Both the position numbers and the translations under genes were made by a program. This document shows positions 26,023 to 39,570 of a DNA stretch of 64,000 bases, piece by piece. Numbering within the stretch: the stretch's first letter is position 1; every line of letters starts with the position of its first letter. The notes under the pieces are model-generated. The model worked only from the letters and a program-made list of their open reading frames with translations, had not been told where the DNA came from and searched no databases. Origin of the DNA: Octopus sinensis (lineage: Eukaryota); contig NC_042998.1 in the NCBI RefSeq assembly GCF_006345805.1, positions 199,206,001 through 199,270,000 of the forward strand, given 5' to 3'.

Positions 26023-26130
26023 TATAAGGGACTGATGATTGGGGTTACATTTTAAGAAGGGTTCCAGCAAAACACGGAGTGGTTTAGGAACCAGGGAATG
26101 TAACTCATAAAAAATGTGTAGCCAAGTTAT
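26023..26130 (+). ncRNA. Type I hammerhead, core mutated
   Basis: CTGATGA 26032-38, but GAAACACGTGTA has become AAAAAATGTGTA. Confidence 0.7.
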
Positions 26131-26296
26131 CAAATAGTAAGTATATGGTGAGATGAAGGGGCCTACTATCTCTAAATGAATATATATATTTCTTCATTGA
26201 AAATAATTTGAACCCCTGTTATGCCGGATTTTTTTTCCCTAACAAATAGAATTAAATATATATATATGTATGTATGTATATATATGTATATGTATG

Positions 26297-26344
<48 letters not shown>

Positions 26345-26390
26345 TATAGATATACATATATATATATATACATATACATATATATATATA

Positions 26391-26426
<36 letters not shown>

Positions 26427-26532
26427 ATATATATTATATATATTATATTTATATATATATATATATTATTTATATATATATTATATATTATATATTATAT
26501 ATATTATATATATATATTATATATATATATTA

Positions 26533-26591
<59 letters not shown>

Positions 26592-26912
26592 TGTATGTAT
26601 GTATGTATGTATGATCACATGACCGCATGACCGTAGCTGCATGGCGGAAACGAATAAAAGAATAGAAGACTACATATTCATATGTAAGGGGAAGTAAGAT
26701 CCTGTAATCCTCTTTTATGCGTCCAGTCCCCAGTTTAATACTTTCTCTTCGTCATTAAAATATTTTCCGAAATGCATTGTAGCAATCAACGACAGGGTGC
26801 TTTCTAGATATTACGTACAAAATATTACTCATAATAGCAGACAGTAATTAGTACACACATTATATTTCTAACCATTAACAGCTTGCCCACCTGATTGTCG
26901 TTTGGCCATTTC

Positions 26913-26985
<73 letters not shown>

Positions 26986-27036
26986 ATTATCCATTCATCC
27001 ATCCATCCATCCATCCATCCATCCATCCATCCATCC

Positions 27037-27094
<58 letters not shown>

Positions 27095-27129
27095 TTATCT
27101 ATCTATTTAATCTATCTAGCCATCTATCT

Positions 27130-27415
27130 AACATTATTGACCGAGGTTACCGCGGTCTTTTCCATAGCTTTTTCTTTCCACGGATAAACCTTATCTGCTT
27201 CACCCTTTACACGTTACACTTTGCATCATGACATTTCTGTGATACGCGATCCCTATTGATCGTTATTTTTTCTTTTTTCTTTTCTTTTTTTCTCACTCCC
27301 TTTTACGACCCCTTTTGATCGAAAATCTACCCCACTTTTTTTCCTCCCCCAAAAGAAAAGCTCTACTTTGTAATCTGTCCCGTCTGTATGCAGCTCTGTG
27401 TGGCTAATAAAGAAA
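27130..27415 (+). mobile_element. Probable LINE 3' UTR fragment (possibly Tx1/L1-like) embedded in (ATCT)n
   Basis: Ends GTGTGGCTAATAAAGAAACA; (ATCT)n on both sides; clade assignment is from memory only. Confidence 0.45.
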
Positions 27416-27417
27416 CA

Positions 27418-27498
<81 letters not shown>

Positions 27499-27499
27499 G

Positions 27500-27530
<31 letters not shown>

Positions 27531-27799
27531 GTCTATCTATCTATCTATGTATATTTTTTTTGTTCATGCATTCTCTATGATGCATCTCTGTCAGTGATAT
27601 ACCCGCTCTCCAGATTCATTACATATTATCACTGGTTCATTTTTTACTCACAGTTACCCATGGATTATGATAGCCTTCAGCGAATTTACTTTCCCTTATC
27701 TAATATGTCAACCAATGAAAGCAGCCATCTTTTTCCCATTGCTGTGAAAAAATTCTTCCTGGTATTTCTTCTTACTTTTCATTTTTGTTTCCTTGATCT

Positions 27800-29030
27800 T
27801 CATTTCTTCTAAATTGTTTTTCTTTTTTAAATTCACCGCCTACCTTGTATGTTACCGTCTTCCACTATTCCTATTGTGGTCTTCGGATCTAGTCTGTTTA
27901 ACCTTATCGGACGCCTATTGTCACCCATCATCTGCACCCGTCAAGCACAATCCCATTTTTACCATTGTGTAAGTTTGACAATGTTATCATTTTTTACTTT
28001 TTCTTAGATTCATTTTGTTGATTCATGATATCTCCTCATTACTCTAAGTATAATGCGTTCATCTCTATATTTAGCTGTTCTTAGCTTGTCTGTATTTTTT
28101 GTCAGTTTCTACGTTTTTATATCATATGAAATTTGCAGGATGATGCATTGGTTGTAAACTGACCTAATATTGACCTTCAATTGCTGGCCTGCCTACATTA
28201 GAAAAAGTCCCATCACTACGGTATTTATCAATGCTGTTTACGCCATCTTCTGTCATAGACCTGTTGACACAAAATTTTCCTTATCGAATAACAAATCACT
28301 ATATGTCACAATATATTCACACTGCCTACCAATTTCCATATAGATTATTCCGAAGAAAATGCAAGCAACAATACCACTAACAAACAACAGTAACAAACGA
28401 AGAAGACAATATTGAAATGAGGCAGTATCTTGTCGGTTTTTCACACGTCATATCACAATTGTGGTTCTCCTTATGTCTGCGAGAAACGCTTAATGCTATG
28501 AAAAATGCAAGCTAACTTCTATGCCGCCATTCCATCCTACGCAAATTGCAAACGAAATTCCTTACACCAAACCTTATCGTCTTTAATAAAGAAAGAACAC
28601 ATTTGGTAATGCATTCCTAGATTCGCAATTCTCCCAGTGAAGGATTGCTGAATTATTGCTGAAACATTTCCAGTCTTAGGTTGTCTCACTCAGATCTAAT
28701 CTGGGACTAAAGAACAGCTATAAAATGTTACTTTTCCAATTGTTGTAACCATCCCGTCCTGTTGATCGATATAATATATCTAGGATCACCTTATCTAGTG
28801 TGTTTTACCATGTGTATCTGTAGGTCTACTCTCATTCAACAGCATTGATCAAAAGTGTTCCAGATGTAGCCATCGCCGTGCCTTCAAACTTATTGTATCT
28901 AGTACTACATTATGTAATGTCCGAGTCCTAGTTTATATTTTGCATCAGGCCAACTTTAATCAAGTAGATCTGTGATCAAAGACGTTCCAGCCATGATAAC
29001 ACCATCATTTATTCAGAGAAGGTATTAAAA
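27800..29030 (-). mobile_element. Highly decayed RTE-like LINE
   Basis: Remnant ...QMMGDNRRPIRLNRLDPK... resembling the RTE C-terminal RM.D.RWP motif. Confidence 0.35.
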
Positions 29031-29434
29031 TACATATTATCCAATGTGTTTTTCCCCTATTTTTTAAACGGTGTGGATTCATTTGAGAGTTTAGGAAAGA
29101 TTCGGTTGCTAATTCTAGCATATCGAGCTACGCGACAGAAGCTCCTTCCTTGGTTCGATTATGTTTTTAGACATATTTATCACCAATATTATCGTTGTTG
29201 TTTTTGTTTTGCTGCAGGTGGACGCGGATCGAACAAACGTATCGTCAAAAGCATTCCGGCTACGGTTATCCCGTCTGTTCGACTATCCAGGTTTATATGA
29301 AATACTAATACGATTTTTCCTTTTGAAAGACAGATGAGGAATATGGGAGGTGATAATTGCTATATTTAGAAAGTCACTCGATCATGCAAAGGCTTCTTCG
29401 TGTTTTGATATCATTATTGTTTGGTGTTTATACG

Positions 29435-29585
29435 ATCTGAGTTCAAATTCCGCCGAGGTCAACATTGCCTTTCATCCTTTCGGGGTCGATTAAATAAGCA
29501 TCAGTTACGCACTGGGGTCGATGTAATCAACTTAATCCATTCCTCCAAATTTGAGGTCTTGTGCTTCCAAATTTGAGGTCTTGTT
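29435..29585 (+). mobile_element. SINE A partial copy (tail type 2)
   Basis: B-box through CCAAATTTGAGGTCTTGTG (duplicated). Confidence 0.8.
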
Positions 29586-29752
29586 TGGTGTGTAAATGTG
29601 TTTAACAGGGATTATAGAAATTTTTGAAATGTTTTCCTTTAGGTAAATTCAGTGATGATTTGTTTTCTCATTTGGTGACAAGTAATTAGCAAACTAACTC
29701 ATTAAGAAAATCTTTATTATTAGCATTACTTCTCAGATAAGTAATTTATATT

Positions 29753-29855
<103 letters not shown>

Positions 29856-29857
29856 GA

Positions 29858-30066
<209 letters not shown>

Positions 30067-30702
30067 ATATAACATTATTCTGATCTTCATTTGACAATTA
30101 TGAGCAACGCTTTCCAGGAACTATACCCGTAATTTATAACTTTACTCTTCATCGATATTCTTTGCTAACAGCCCAAGACGATATTGTGTACTTTCTTGAA
30201 TATTTACAGAAATCCATTATGTCTACATATTTTCCTGCGATTCGTTAATATTTCATCAGCCATCGAGTACATAAATGAATCTTAAATTTAAAGTTACCTG
30301 CAGTGTAGTAGTTTAAGTTGTTTGATAGTAGTGAGTTGGAAAAGTTTGTTGTTTTATGTAGAATAAGACCTTAATATTCTTTCCGTAAAAGTAACCTATG
30401 TCAAAGGATTTTGCACCGAAATAGTGGCGCCAACAGGGTCGAACCAAATGGGTAGCTCTGTCTAATATATTCTGGTAATTATTCCACACCACATTCCGTC
30501 TAAGTTCTGATTAGAGAGCAGCGGAATTTTTTTTCGCACTTTCATTATCTCGAGTCAAAATTTCCCGGAGAGGTAAACGTAGTCATCTCGTTTATTCTAT
30601 TGAAAGCATTGAAAAAGAACAATAAAAAGTAAAACATTGTAGAAAATTAATCCTTTTCTAAATATAGCAATCGATTCTGAAGTATATTACTACCGTTGAT
30701 AT

Positions 30703-31084
30703 GGAAACACTCCGTCGGTTACGACGACGAGGGTTCCAGTTTATTCGAATCAACGGAACAGCCTGCTCGTGAAATTAACGTGTAAGTGGCTGAGCACCCC
30801 ACAGACACGTGTACCCTTAACGTAGTTCTCGGGGATATTCAGCGTGACACAGAGAGTGACAAGGCCGGCCCCTTGAAATACAGGTACAACAGAAACAGGA
30901 AAATAGAGTAAGAGAAAGTTGTGGTGAAAGAGTACAGTAGGGATCACCACCATCCCCTGCCGGAGCCTCGTGGAGCTTTAGGTGTTTTCGCTCAATAAAC
31001 ACTCACAACGCCCGGTCTGGGAATCGAAACCGCGATCCTATGACCGCGAGTCCGTTGCCCTAACCACTGGGCCATTGCGCCTCC
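30703..31084 (-). mobile_element. tRNA-derived SINE family C
   Basis: Head GGAGGCGCAATGGCCCAGTGGTTAGGG...GGTTTCGATTCCC; TSD CTACCG(T/G)TGATAT at 30690-30702 and 31086-31098. Confidence 0.9.
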
Positions 31085-31811
31085 GCTACCGGTGATATAC
31101 ATATAAGAGAAGTCCATTCATGTACTCAATCTATTAGTTTTGATCGTGTTTTAAATTGTTCTGCAAACTTTCGTGTTAAGTGAAATTTATTATCCAGTTG
31201 ATATCTCAAGTCAACTAGATAGTTCACGAATTAGATAAATTTTACGGCTTCTTCGGAGAAAACTGTCTGAGGCTACCTAACGGAATATAACATTAAGCAG
31301 AGGTGGAAGAAGATAATATAACGCTATTCATACTGGGCTTTTATAAAAGTATGCAAACACTTAGACAGAAAAAAAAAACAGAAAAAAAGACGTCAGAAAA
31401 AAAGGAAAGAAAAAGAGTAAGAAGAATATTTAATCAAACAGTTTTATATAAATTTGATGATATTCTGTCATCTTATTCATTCTTCCAGGGCGTGATGTTA
31501 ATAACCCGCAAACATATTTCCCTTCATACATTCTGCGCATACACACATACACACGAATTTTACTACTTAGATGAATATAATTAATTTCCCTACTTTATCA
31601 GCTCTTTTTTTTTCTCCACTTCAATGACAGATAATTGTATTAGACGATACTTAACTCTTTTGTAAGCTGCTATATTCCTAAGATGGTGAGCTGGCGGAAT
31701 CATTGGCAGTTTACACAAAATGATTAGCAGCGTTTGTTCTGGCTGTTTACATCCCGAGTTCAACTACTTATAATTTCCTTTTTAGCATCCTACAAATCTC
31801 TTTCCTCATTC

Positions 31812-32640
31812 TAGGTGGTATCAAAAAGGTCCCGGACTAGTTATGTTTAATAAAAAATAACTTATTTACCTAAGTTTTCACATCATCATTTCCTTTGAAA
31901 TAGTCAACTTGCGGAGCTGCATTTTGATCTTGGGGAAGAGATAGAAGTCCACAGGTGCTAAATCTGGCGAACAGGGTGGGTGTAGAAGCAATACTATGTT
32001 GTTTTTGGTGAGAAACTCACGAGCTCGGAGAACTCGGTGGCAGGATGTGGTGGAAGCATTCCGTCGGTAACGACGATGAGGGTTCCGGTTGATCCGAATC
32101 AACGGAACAGCCTGCTCGTGAAATTAACGTGTAAGTGGCTGAGCACTCCACAGACACGTGTACCCTTAACGTAGTTCTCGGGGATATTCAGCGTGACACA
32201 GAGAGTGACAAGGCCGGCCCTTTGAAATACAGGTACAACAGAAACAGGAAGTAAGAGTGAGAGAAAGTTGTGGTGAAAGAGTACAGCAGGGATCACCACC
32301 ATCCCCTGCCGGAGCCTCGTGGAGCTTTTAGGTGTTTTCGCTCAATAAACACTCACAATGCCCGGTCTGGGAATCGAAACCGCGATCCTATGACGGCGAG
32401 TCCGCTGCCCTAACCACTGGGTCATTGCGCCTCCGGCAGGATGTATTGTCATCGTGAAAAATCCAATTGTTCGCGCCCCACAGATCCTGTCGGTTTCGCC
32501 GAATATCTTCCTCCCTCAGACGCTTCAAAACGTCACAGTAGAACTCTCGATTGATGGTTTGGCCCTTAAGGACGAATTCTCAATGCACAATACCACGGAT
32601 GACAAATAAAAAAAAACCATGAGCATGCTCTTGACTGTTT
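31812..32640 (-). mobile_element. mariner transposase 3' remnant split by SINE C
   Basis: GIVH*EFVLKGQTINREFYCDVLKRL...WIFHDDNTSC|HRVLRAREFLTKNNIVLLLHPPCSPDLAPVDFYLFPKIK; TIR-like AGGTGGTATCAAAAAGGTCCCGGACT. Confidence 0.85.
32049..32434 (-). mobile_element. SINE family C
   Basis: Perfect 10-bp TSD GGCAGGATGT at 32039-32048 and 32435-32444. Confidence 0.92.
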
Positions 32641-32721
32641 ATTAAATATATTGAATATATACGCAGTATTGATTTTGAGTTATAAATTCTATAAATGCAG
32701 ATATAATGATCAATTGTTATG

Positions 32722-33190
32722 TTATGTATATTTATAATGTAGGAAAGATTTATATTTAAAATGATGACATCTTATGATTAGTTCCTCATGTCGATTAATC
32801 ACTTTTGATTTAGTTTTACTAATTTTATTAATGTGGAATACCTCAAATACACAGGGCCCACACCATCTACCGCCACATTTATACCGTAGTGCATTACATA
32901 CAATAGACCAATCAATTTTATATTCAATATTTTTATCTGTGTGAGAATGTATGAATTTAGCTAGAGATGTATTATTAGCATTTTCTTTATATCTAAATGT
33001 ATATGTGTGATTGTTCAATCGAAGTTTGAATGAGGGAGAGGATGCACCAATGTAGAGATGTTCTTTACGAAGAGCAGTGATAGAGAAATTATATACTATA
33101 TTTTCTCTGATGCATTGGTTATTAATGGAACACATGGATTTATTTCGACAGTTACAAAATGTAGAATTTTATAGATTATTAGTAGGTGTA
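32722..33190 (-). mobile_element. Penelope-like element, GIY-YIG endonuclease remnant
   Basis: NCRNKSMCSINNQCIRENIVY...LYIGASSPSFKLRLNNH...CGPCVFE...NRHEELIIRCHH. Confidence 0.85.
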
Positions 33191-33284
33191 ATAGGTTCAG
33201 CTACATTATTAGTAATAATATTGTTACTGAAATGTCTTGCTACTGGCAAAGGTTTGCACTCATACCACTTATTGTAACAATCTA

Positions 33285-33815
33285 ACCCATATTTCTTACA
33301 GATATCCCAGTGTATAGCCACTGCTACTTTGTCATGGCGCTTTTTGTAATCCTTTTGGGCTTGTTTTGAGCATCTACTAATTAAATGTCAAACTGTCTCA
33401 GATGATTTTCAACATAGTCTACAGAAAGATGACACTGTTGTCATATTAATGCTACACTTGATTGAATTATTTCGTGAAGCTTGTTCTTGAGCAGTAAGTA
33501 TCAATCCTTCCGTCTCCTTTCAAAAATCAATGACTTAACCATCTCCAGGATTCTTTATCAGTTTCATCCGATGCTTGTTGGGAAAAGTCTCCATGTAGAA
33601 CTTTCTCTCGATAGTTGATGAGCTTTTCTCTATTAGTCCTCATATTGCAACGCTGATTACCTTCTCACTCAGTGTTGCCTGCAACATCCTTTCATCACTG
33701 TTCCTCAAATAGGTAGGCAAAAACTTGTTCTCTTTCACAACTTTATCTTCTATTCCAATCATTCCACTTCCATCTTCCCTTACTAGATAAGTATAGTCTT
33801 GCTCCTTTACTTCCA
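33285..33815 (-). mobile_element. R4/Dong-like LINE C-terminal fragment
   Basis: YLVREDGSGMIGIEDKV...ETEGLILTAQEQA. Confidence 0.7.
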
Positions 33816-33838
33816 GTATGAAGGCGCCCATAGTTGTT

Positions 33839-33910
<72 letters not shown>

Positions 33911-33944
33911 ATGATATTAATAATAATAATAATAATAATAATAG

Positions 33945-34360
33945 TCAGTCGTTTGACCTTAACCAGTTGAGCATGTCCCTTAGTGGCTGGCGATATGTGC
34001 ATCTCTGATCACGAGCAGAAGTAGTGGGGGAGCATCATAGCCATGTGTTGAGAAGGATTCTTTGGGGTTTGATTAGTTCACCTCTGGAAACATGGGTGGT
34101 TCTTTCAACATCCTTAAACAACCCTGATTCAGGGACCTTTTGAGCGGGATGGGCTACTCAACCTGAATAAAATTCTAACTGGGCCCCACCTGCAAGATCA
34201 TGCGCTGTTTATCTTGATATGAGATCACCATGTCGCGCACATATGGTTGTGATACATGTGCCTGGTGTACCTTTATCAGACGGGTAGTCATGATGGGTAT
34301 ATTGGGCTTCGTATATTTTACCCCAGTGTCACTTTGATGGCATGCACTGCTCTCTCACTC

Positions 34361-34362
<2 letters not shown>
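33945..34362 (+). mobile_element. Unclassified retroposon 3' fragment between (TAA)n tracts
   Basis: Non-repetitive block ending in an (AAT)n tail with (TAA)n on both sides. Confidence 0.4.
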
Positions 34363-34396
<34 letters not shown>

Positions 34397-34437
34397 CAAG
34401 ACGAAGAGCGCGATTTGGTTGTAAGATATTTTATTAG

Positions 34438-34480
34438 TTGAACGACATTTCAACAGTACGCCTGTCTTTGCCAAGTTCAA
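34438..34480 (-). ncRNA. Decayed minimal hammerhead 3' of the Penelope-like ORF
   Basis: TTGAAC-[TTGGCAA]-AG-ACAG-GCGTA-CTGT-T-GAAATGTC-GTTCAA; stems intact, core differs from CTGACGA by three transitions. Confidence 0.45.
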
Positions 34481-34789
34481 AATAAGAATTAATAACAATT
34501 CAAAATTACAGAAAATTTAAACGTAAAGTATGAACGAGATCAACCAGCGTCCACACGTTGATGGAATGACATCATCAGTTTTTAAGTTAAAATCTTATAA
34601 CAGGCGAAAAGAAAAAGACAGGAAAAAAAAACCAGAAGACGACAGAAAAAAAGGAAAGAAAAAGAGAGAAAGAAGAATATTTAATCAAAGAGCTTTGTAT
34701 AAATTTGATGATATTCTATCATCTTATTCATTCTTCCAGGGCGTGATGTTAATAACCCGCAAACGTATTTCTCCTCATACATTCTGAGA

Positions 34790-36540
34790 AGTGAAAGTGA
34801 AGCAGATTCAGAATATTTTCTCGAGAATATGCATTTTCAAGTCTTCTTCAAAATTGCAGCCGCTTGAAACGAAATGTTCTGCAAGTTCTGTCGAACTACT
34901 GTTATTGTGCCTGACGTCGAATCTGTGCTCATTAAACATTTTGTTTAATTGGTCTGTTGTGCAACCAACATAAATTGTGTTTCGTGCATTCTGCAGCGTA
35001 CACCAAATGGGAATCTTTACACGTTCCACCTTCTGTATAAATCATAACGTGTCTATTAGGATTTCTGATGGAATTCACTTTACTCATGTTGTTGCATAAT
35101 GAACAGGGCTTACCTTTCTTGCGGCGGTTTTTTAAGGTAAAGCGTGCAGATACTCCAATGTTCGTTTTCTTGGAGTCAGAAATAGAGGTCAATAATTCTT
35201 TTATGTTCTTATTCCGTCTAAAGGCTACAATAGGCGGTTGAGGAAATATCTGTTTGAAGCGAGGATAATTTTTCGCCACATGCTAGTAACTTTCATGCAA
35301 CACTTTTGAAATACCAGCAAAATGTCAGTGCCAGTTAATCACTAAAATAATTCTGTCATCTATTGTATTGTGTTTACTAAAATTATGCGTGAAGGTTTGA
35401 CTATTCTTCGCTAATCTTAGTTATTTCATTTGCTATTTCCTTTAATCGTGATTCACGGTAACCGCATTTGACATTATGACATACAAAAGCATTTGCATGT
35501 TTCCAGTAAACCCCTTTTTCAGTACAAATTCCGTTTTATCCTAAAAAATTGGGATTTCGGATTTGACCGAATTATATGATATGGATGATCGGAGCGGTGG
35601 TGGAGGCAAATGTGGGATGACGTGGGCTTGCAAAATAACTCTGTCACTATTCTGCCTCCAGAAAACTTGTCTTTTGTGTCCAAAAATTCAACGCTAGGTT
35701 TTGAAAAACTAGACGTAAATTTTATGTTGGACTTAAGGTCATGGTCTCTAGCATAACAGTCAAAGAAATGCAAGAAGTCCATTAAACTATCCTGTGATGC
35801 TTCCCAGACAAAAAATACGTCGTCAATGAACCGTAACCAGAGTATTGATTCATGACCATGAAGGGATTTGAATGCCATCCGTAACTGTGTTTCGAATTTC
35901 GTCATGAAAACATTAGCGAAATTAACTGCCATGGGGGTGCCCATGGCGCAACCCTTCATCTGGTGGTAAAATCTGTGTCTAAACTTCATTGTGTTACTTT
36001 CTAACACAAACCTCAATAATCTACAGAGAAAATTTGATGGAATATTTTTGTTTGACCGCTTTTCGAAGGCATCCATACATGCTTCTACCCCTTCATTGTG
36101 GTCAGTATTGGGATATAAGGTAGAAACATCCATGGTTACCAAAATATAGTTCTCAATACGGCCTCGGTGCTTGAAAAAGTTGTTGATTTTAGATACAAAA
36201 TCAAAGGTATCTCGAATATAGATCGTTTTGCGACGGGGAGTAGAAAGCCATCCAACCATCCCGAAATTTTGGCCGTGCGACATTCATATCCGCTGCAAAT
36301 TGGGCGCATTGGAGGAAATCTTTCGAACTTTTTGTGTATTTTAGGGAGACCATAAAATACAGGTGTTCTTCTTTCTGACCTTAAAATCTTAGATTCAGCC
36401 TTATTAACGAAATTGTCTTCCTCCATTCCCAGAATTATTTTGTCAAGTTCCTCTCTGTAATTGGGGTTTGGATCGACAGGTAATTCTTCATATGAAGTTT
36501 TGTCATTTACTACAAAGATTAGGAGAAAATGAACTAAAAA
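34790..36540 (-). mobile_element. Penelope-like element (RT plus C-terminal GIY-YIG), frameshifted
   Basis: FYGLPKIHK...MRPICSG; TMDVSTLYPN; KGCAMGTPMAVNFANVFM; WLRFIDDVFFVW; LVYAAECTKH...YVGCTTDQLNKMFNEHRFDV. Confidence 0.92.
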
Positions 36541-38642
36541 ATGGAAAGCTACCAAAATAGGATACCGGAAAAGAATGCATAAATTTGAACAGAGAAAGAC
36601 ATGCTCCCTAACATGGAGCAAAGGCTTCGAGATCAAAACGATTTAATCGCGAAAAGGCTGTGGCTATCCTTGCTAGAAATGAAGAAGATCTCAATAGCAA
36701 AATAGTATGAACTTGACTACGCTGAGCTCGAAGAAGAAAAAGCAGAACAAGAATACCGATTAGTAGAGGAACCAACAACTCCCCATAAAAGAAATAGCTA
36801 TCCAGATGAAAGTATATTTGGTTTTGTAGAAGAAAGACGTTTACAGAATAAGAAAGAAGCCTACTACTACAACTGAATGAAGCAGGAAATTGCGAAAAGA
36901 AGAAGCTACCAGTTCTGAGCAAAATTGATGGGGGAAAGTTATATAAAGTAAGAGAAAAAGATGGACATCAAAATCATCACAGACTTAAACGACCTTATAT
37001 ACTGTGCAGTTTGTCGCTGTGCACACACTTGGGGGTTAAAACTGAGAGAAAAACGAAAGACAAAACCCCATGGCTGGAACAAAGGCTTGAGAATTTAGCT
37101 GAACAGCTCAAAAGAGATTTTGGACAGATAAATGCAATCAAAGAGAAGACAAGGGGAAGGAGAAAGATAGGAACGAACTGTAAAGAAAACACAACATAAG
37201 ACAGAACAAATGCAAGTAGTTAAGACCTAAAACAAAAGAATAAAAGCAGTGTCGGATAGAAAAAAAAGGATACCAACTGAGAACAAATCAGTTCCAGTAA
37301 AATAGACCCTCCAAGAACAACGAATGAAAATTCTATAAACAGTTGAACAATGAAAAATATCATCAGGGAAATGATATAACATGCTGAAGGAGCAAGAAAA
37401 TTCTGGGCAGAAATCTGGAGCAAAGAAGTTCAGCATAATAAAAAAAAAACAGGCTGGTTACGGGAATTTAAAAGACAAATGGAAGATGGAGTGACAGAAA
37501 AGAGTATAACAATCACAGATAAGAAAGTAAAAGAGATGACTAAGAAAATACCAAACTGGAAAGCCACCGGACCAAATGGTGTCCAATGTTTCTAGCTAAA
37601 AAAAAACTTCCAATATACACACTTATATACAACCGTTTTTTTATTGACTGCATAGAAAAAAGAACAACAAGCGAGAAATTTGACAAGACAGTCATTCACC
37701 GGCTGACACTCGCTGACGATACATCGAAGAGGCCAGGCAACAGAAGAAAGAAGAAGAAGACATGCACCCAACACCAGAGCTGAAGACACAGCTTAAAGTA
37801 GGGGTCTCGCCACGTCAAAACGGTAGAGGAGTAGGGGACGAAACCGGACGTGGTTCCTCCTGATGATGTCTTGAGCTAACTGGATCCTATAAAGGAGCTG
37901 TTGTGGTAGCAGACCACGAAACACGGTTGTAATTCCCCTGGATGACAAAAGGAAGGACAGTGCTGATCTGATACTGAAGAACGAAGAAAAGAGAAATGGG
38001 TACTCAGCTATTATAGACCTATTGCTTGCTTACAAATACTCTGGAAACTATTAACTGGCCTCATAGCAAATGAAGAGTATAATGTTCTGGAAAAGGGAAC
38101 CTACTGCCAGAAGAGCAAAAGAGATGTAAGAAGAAATCAAGAGGAACTGCTGATCTGCTATACCTAGATCTAATATTAAATGAGGTACGAGTAAGGTGGA
38201 TGGATTTATTTGTTGGGTGGATAGATTACAGGAAGACCTACGACAATGTTTCTCAAAGCTGATTCTTGGAACGACTGAGGACGTTCTGAATCAATGAGAA
38301 GATGAACAGCTTTCTGGAGAAAAGAATGTGAGAATAAGAAGTAGAACTGACGTGCAAATGAATCGCTAGGTTACGTGAAAATAAGCAAGAACATTTTCCA
38401 TTCCTCTTCATCATTGCGCTAATTCCTCTGACAGGTATAGTGAGAAAATCCAGATCTTCCTATGAGTTTACCTGAACCAAGATAAGAATTAACCACTTAC
38501 TTTATATAAATGATCTCAAGGCATTTACAAAAAACATTATATATATATACATAAAGGGTAAAATTAATTAATTAATTCGTAATTAATAATTCCACCAAGT
38601 AGTGTACAGCATGTTAAAAGGACCGTTTTCGGTAGACTTAAA

Positions 38643-38932
<290 letters not shown>

Positions 38933-39339
38933 AGAGAGAGAGAGAGACAGAGAGAGAGAAAATGATTTTTTAATCCAAACAATGATAATATCAATAAAGA
39001 CATTAGAACGTAATTTGCTGTAGATAAATGTGCAGTACTATGAAGAGAGGCCAGAATAAATTTACCGCAAGACAACACCATTCGATGACTTTAGAATGAG
39101 GGATGCAAATAACTAGGAATACTGCAAGACAATAAAATAATGGGAAAGAGAAACTCACTAAAGAAAACAAAAGGAGAATTAAGAAGGTGCTAGAAATAAA
39201 ATTAAATGGAGGGAACATCATTTAAGCCATAAATACATGAGCAATGACAACTGAAATCGACATAGATGGAGCTGCAGAACTTAGAAGAACCAGAATGCTG
39301 CTAACAATGCACAAGACACTCCATTCTAAAAGTAATACC

Positions 39340-39570
39340 TATTTCTTTACTACCCACAAGGGGCTAAACACAGAGAAGACAAACAAGGACAGCCAAACGG
39401 ATTAAGTCGATTACATCGACCCCAGTGTGTTACTGGTACTTAATTTATCGACCCCGAAAGGATGAAAGGCAAAGTCGACCTCGGCGGAATTTGAACTCAG
39501 AACGCAGCGGTAGACGAAATGCCGCTAAGCATTTCGCCCGGCGTGCTGACGTTTCTGCCAGCTCGCCGCC
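39340..39570 (-). mobile_element. SINE A monomer with 16-bp TSD
   Basis: TTCTAAAAGTAATACC at 39324-39339 and 39571-39586. Confidence 0.92.

Larger units (their letters stand above)
24786..26223. repeat. Long palindrome (~700-bp arms, 17-nt spacer) with twin hammerheads
   Basis: Centre ...TTCACCGAT [25475-25491] ATCGGTGAA...; microsatellites on both sides. Confidence 0.92.

Noticed and set aside
30424-30446. TGGCGCCAACAGGGTCGAACC resembling a tRNA-Lys primer-binding site
   Set aside because: No LTR, gag or pol nearby and an imperfect match
37770-37870. CTGAAGA...GAAACC...GGTTC and CTGATGA inside the LINE
   Set aside because: Stem II does not close and the cleavage-site spacing is wrong
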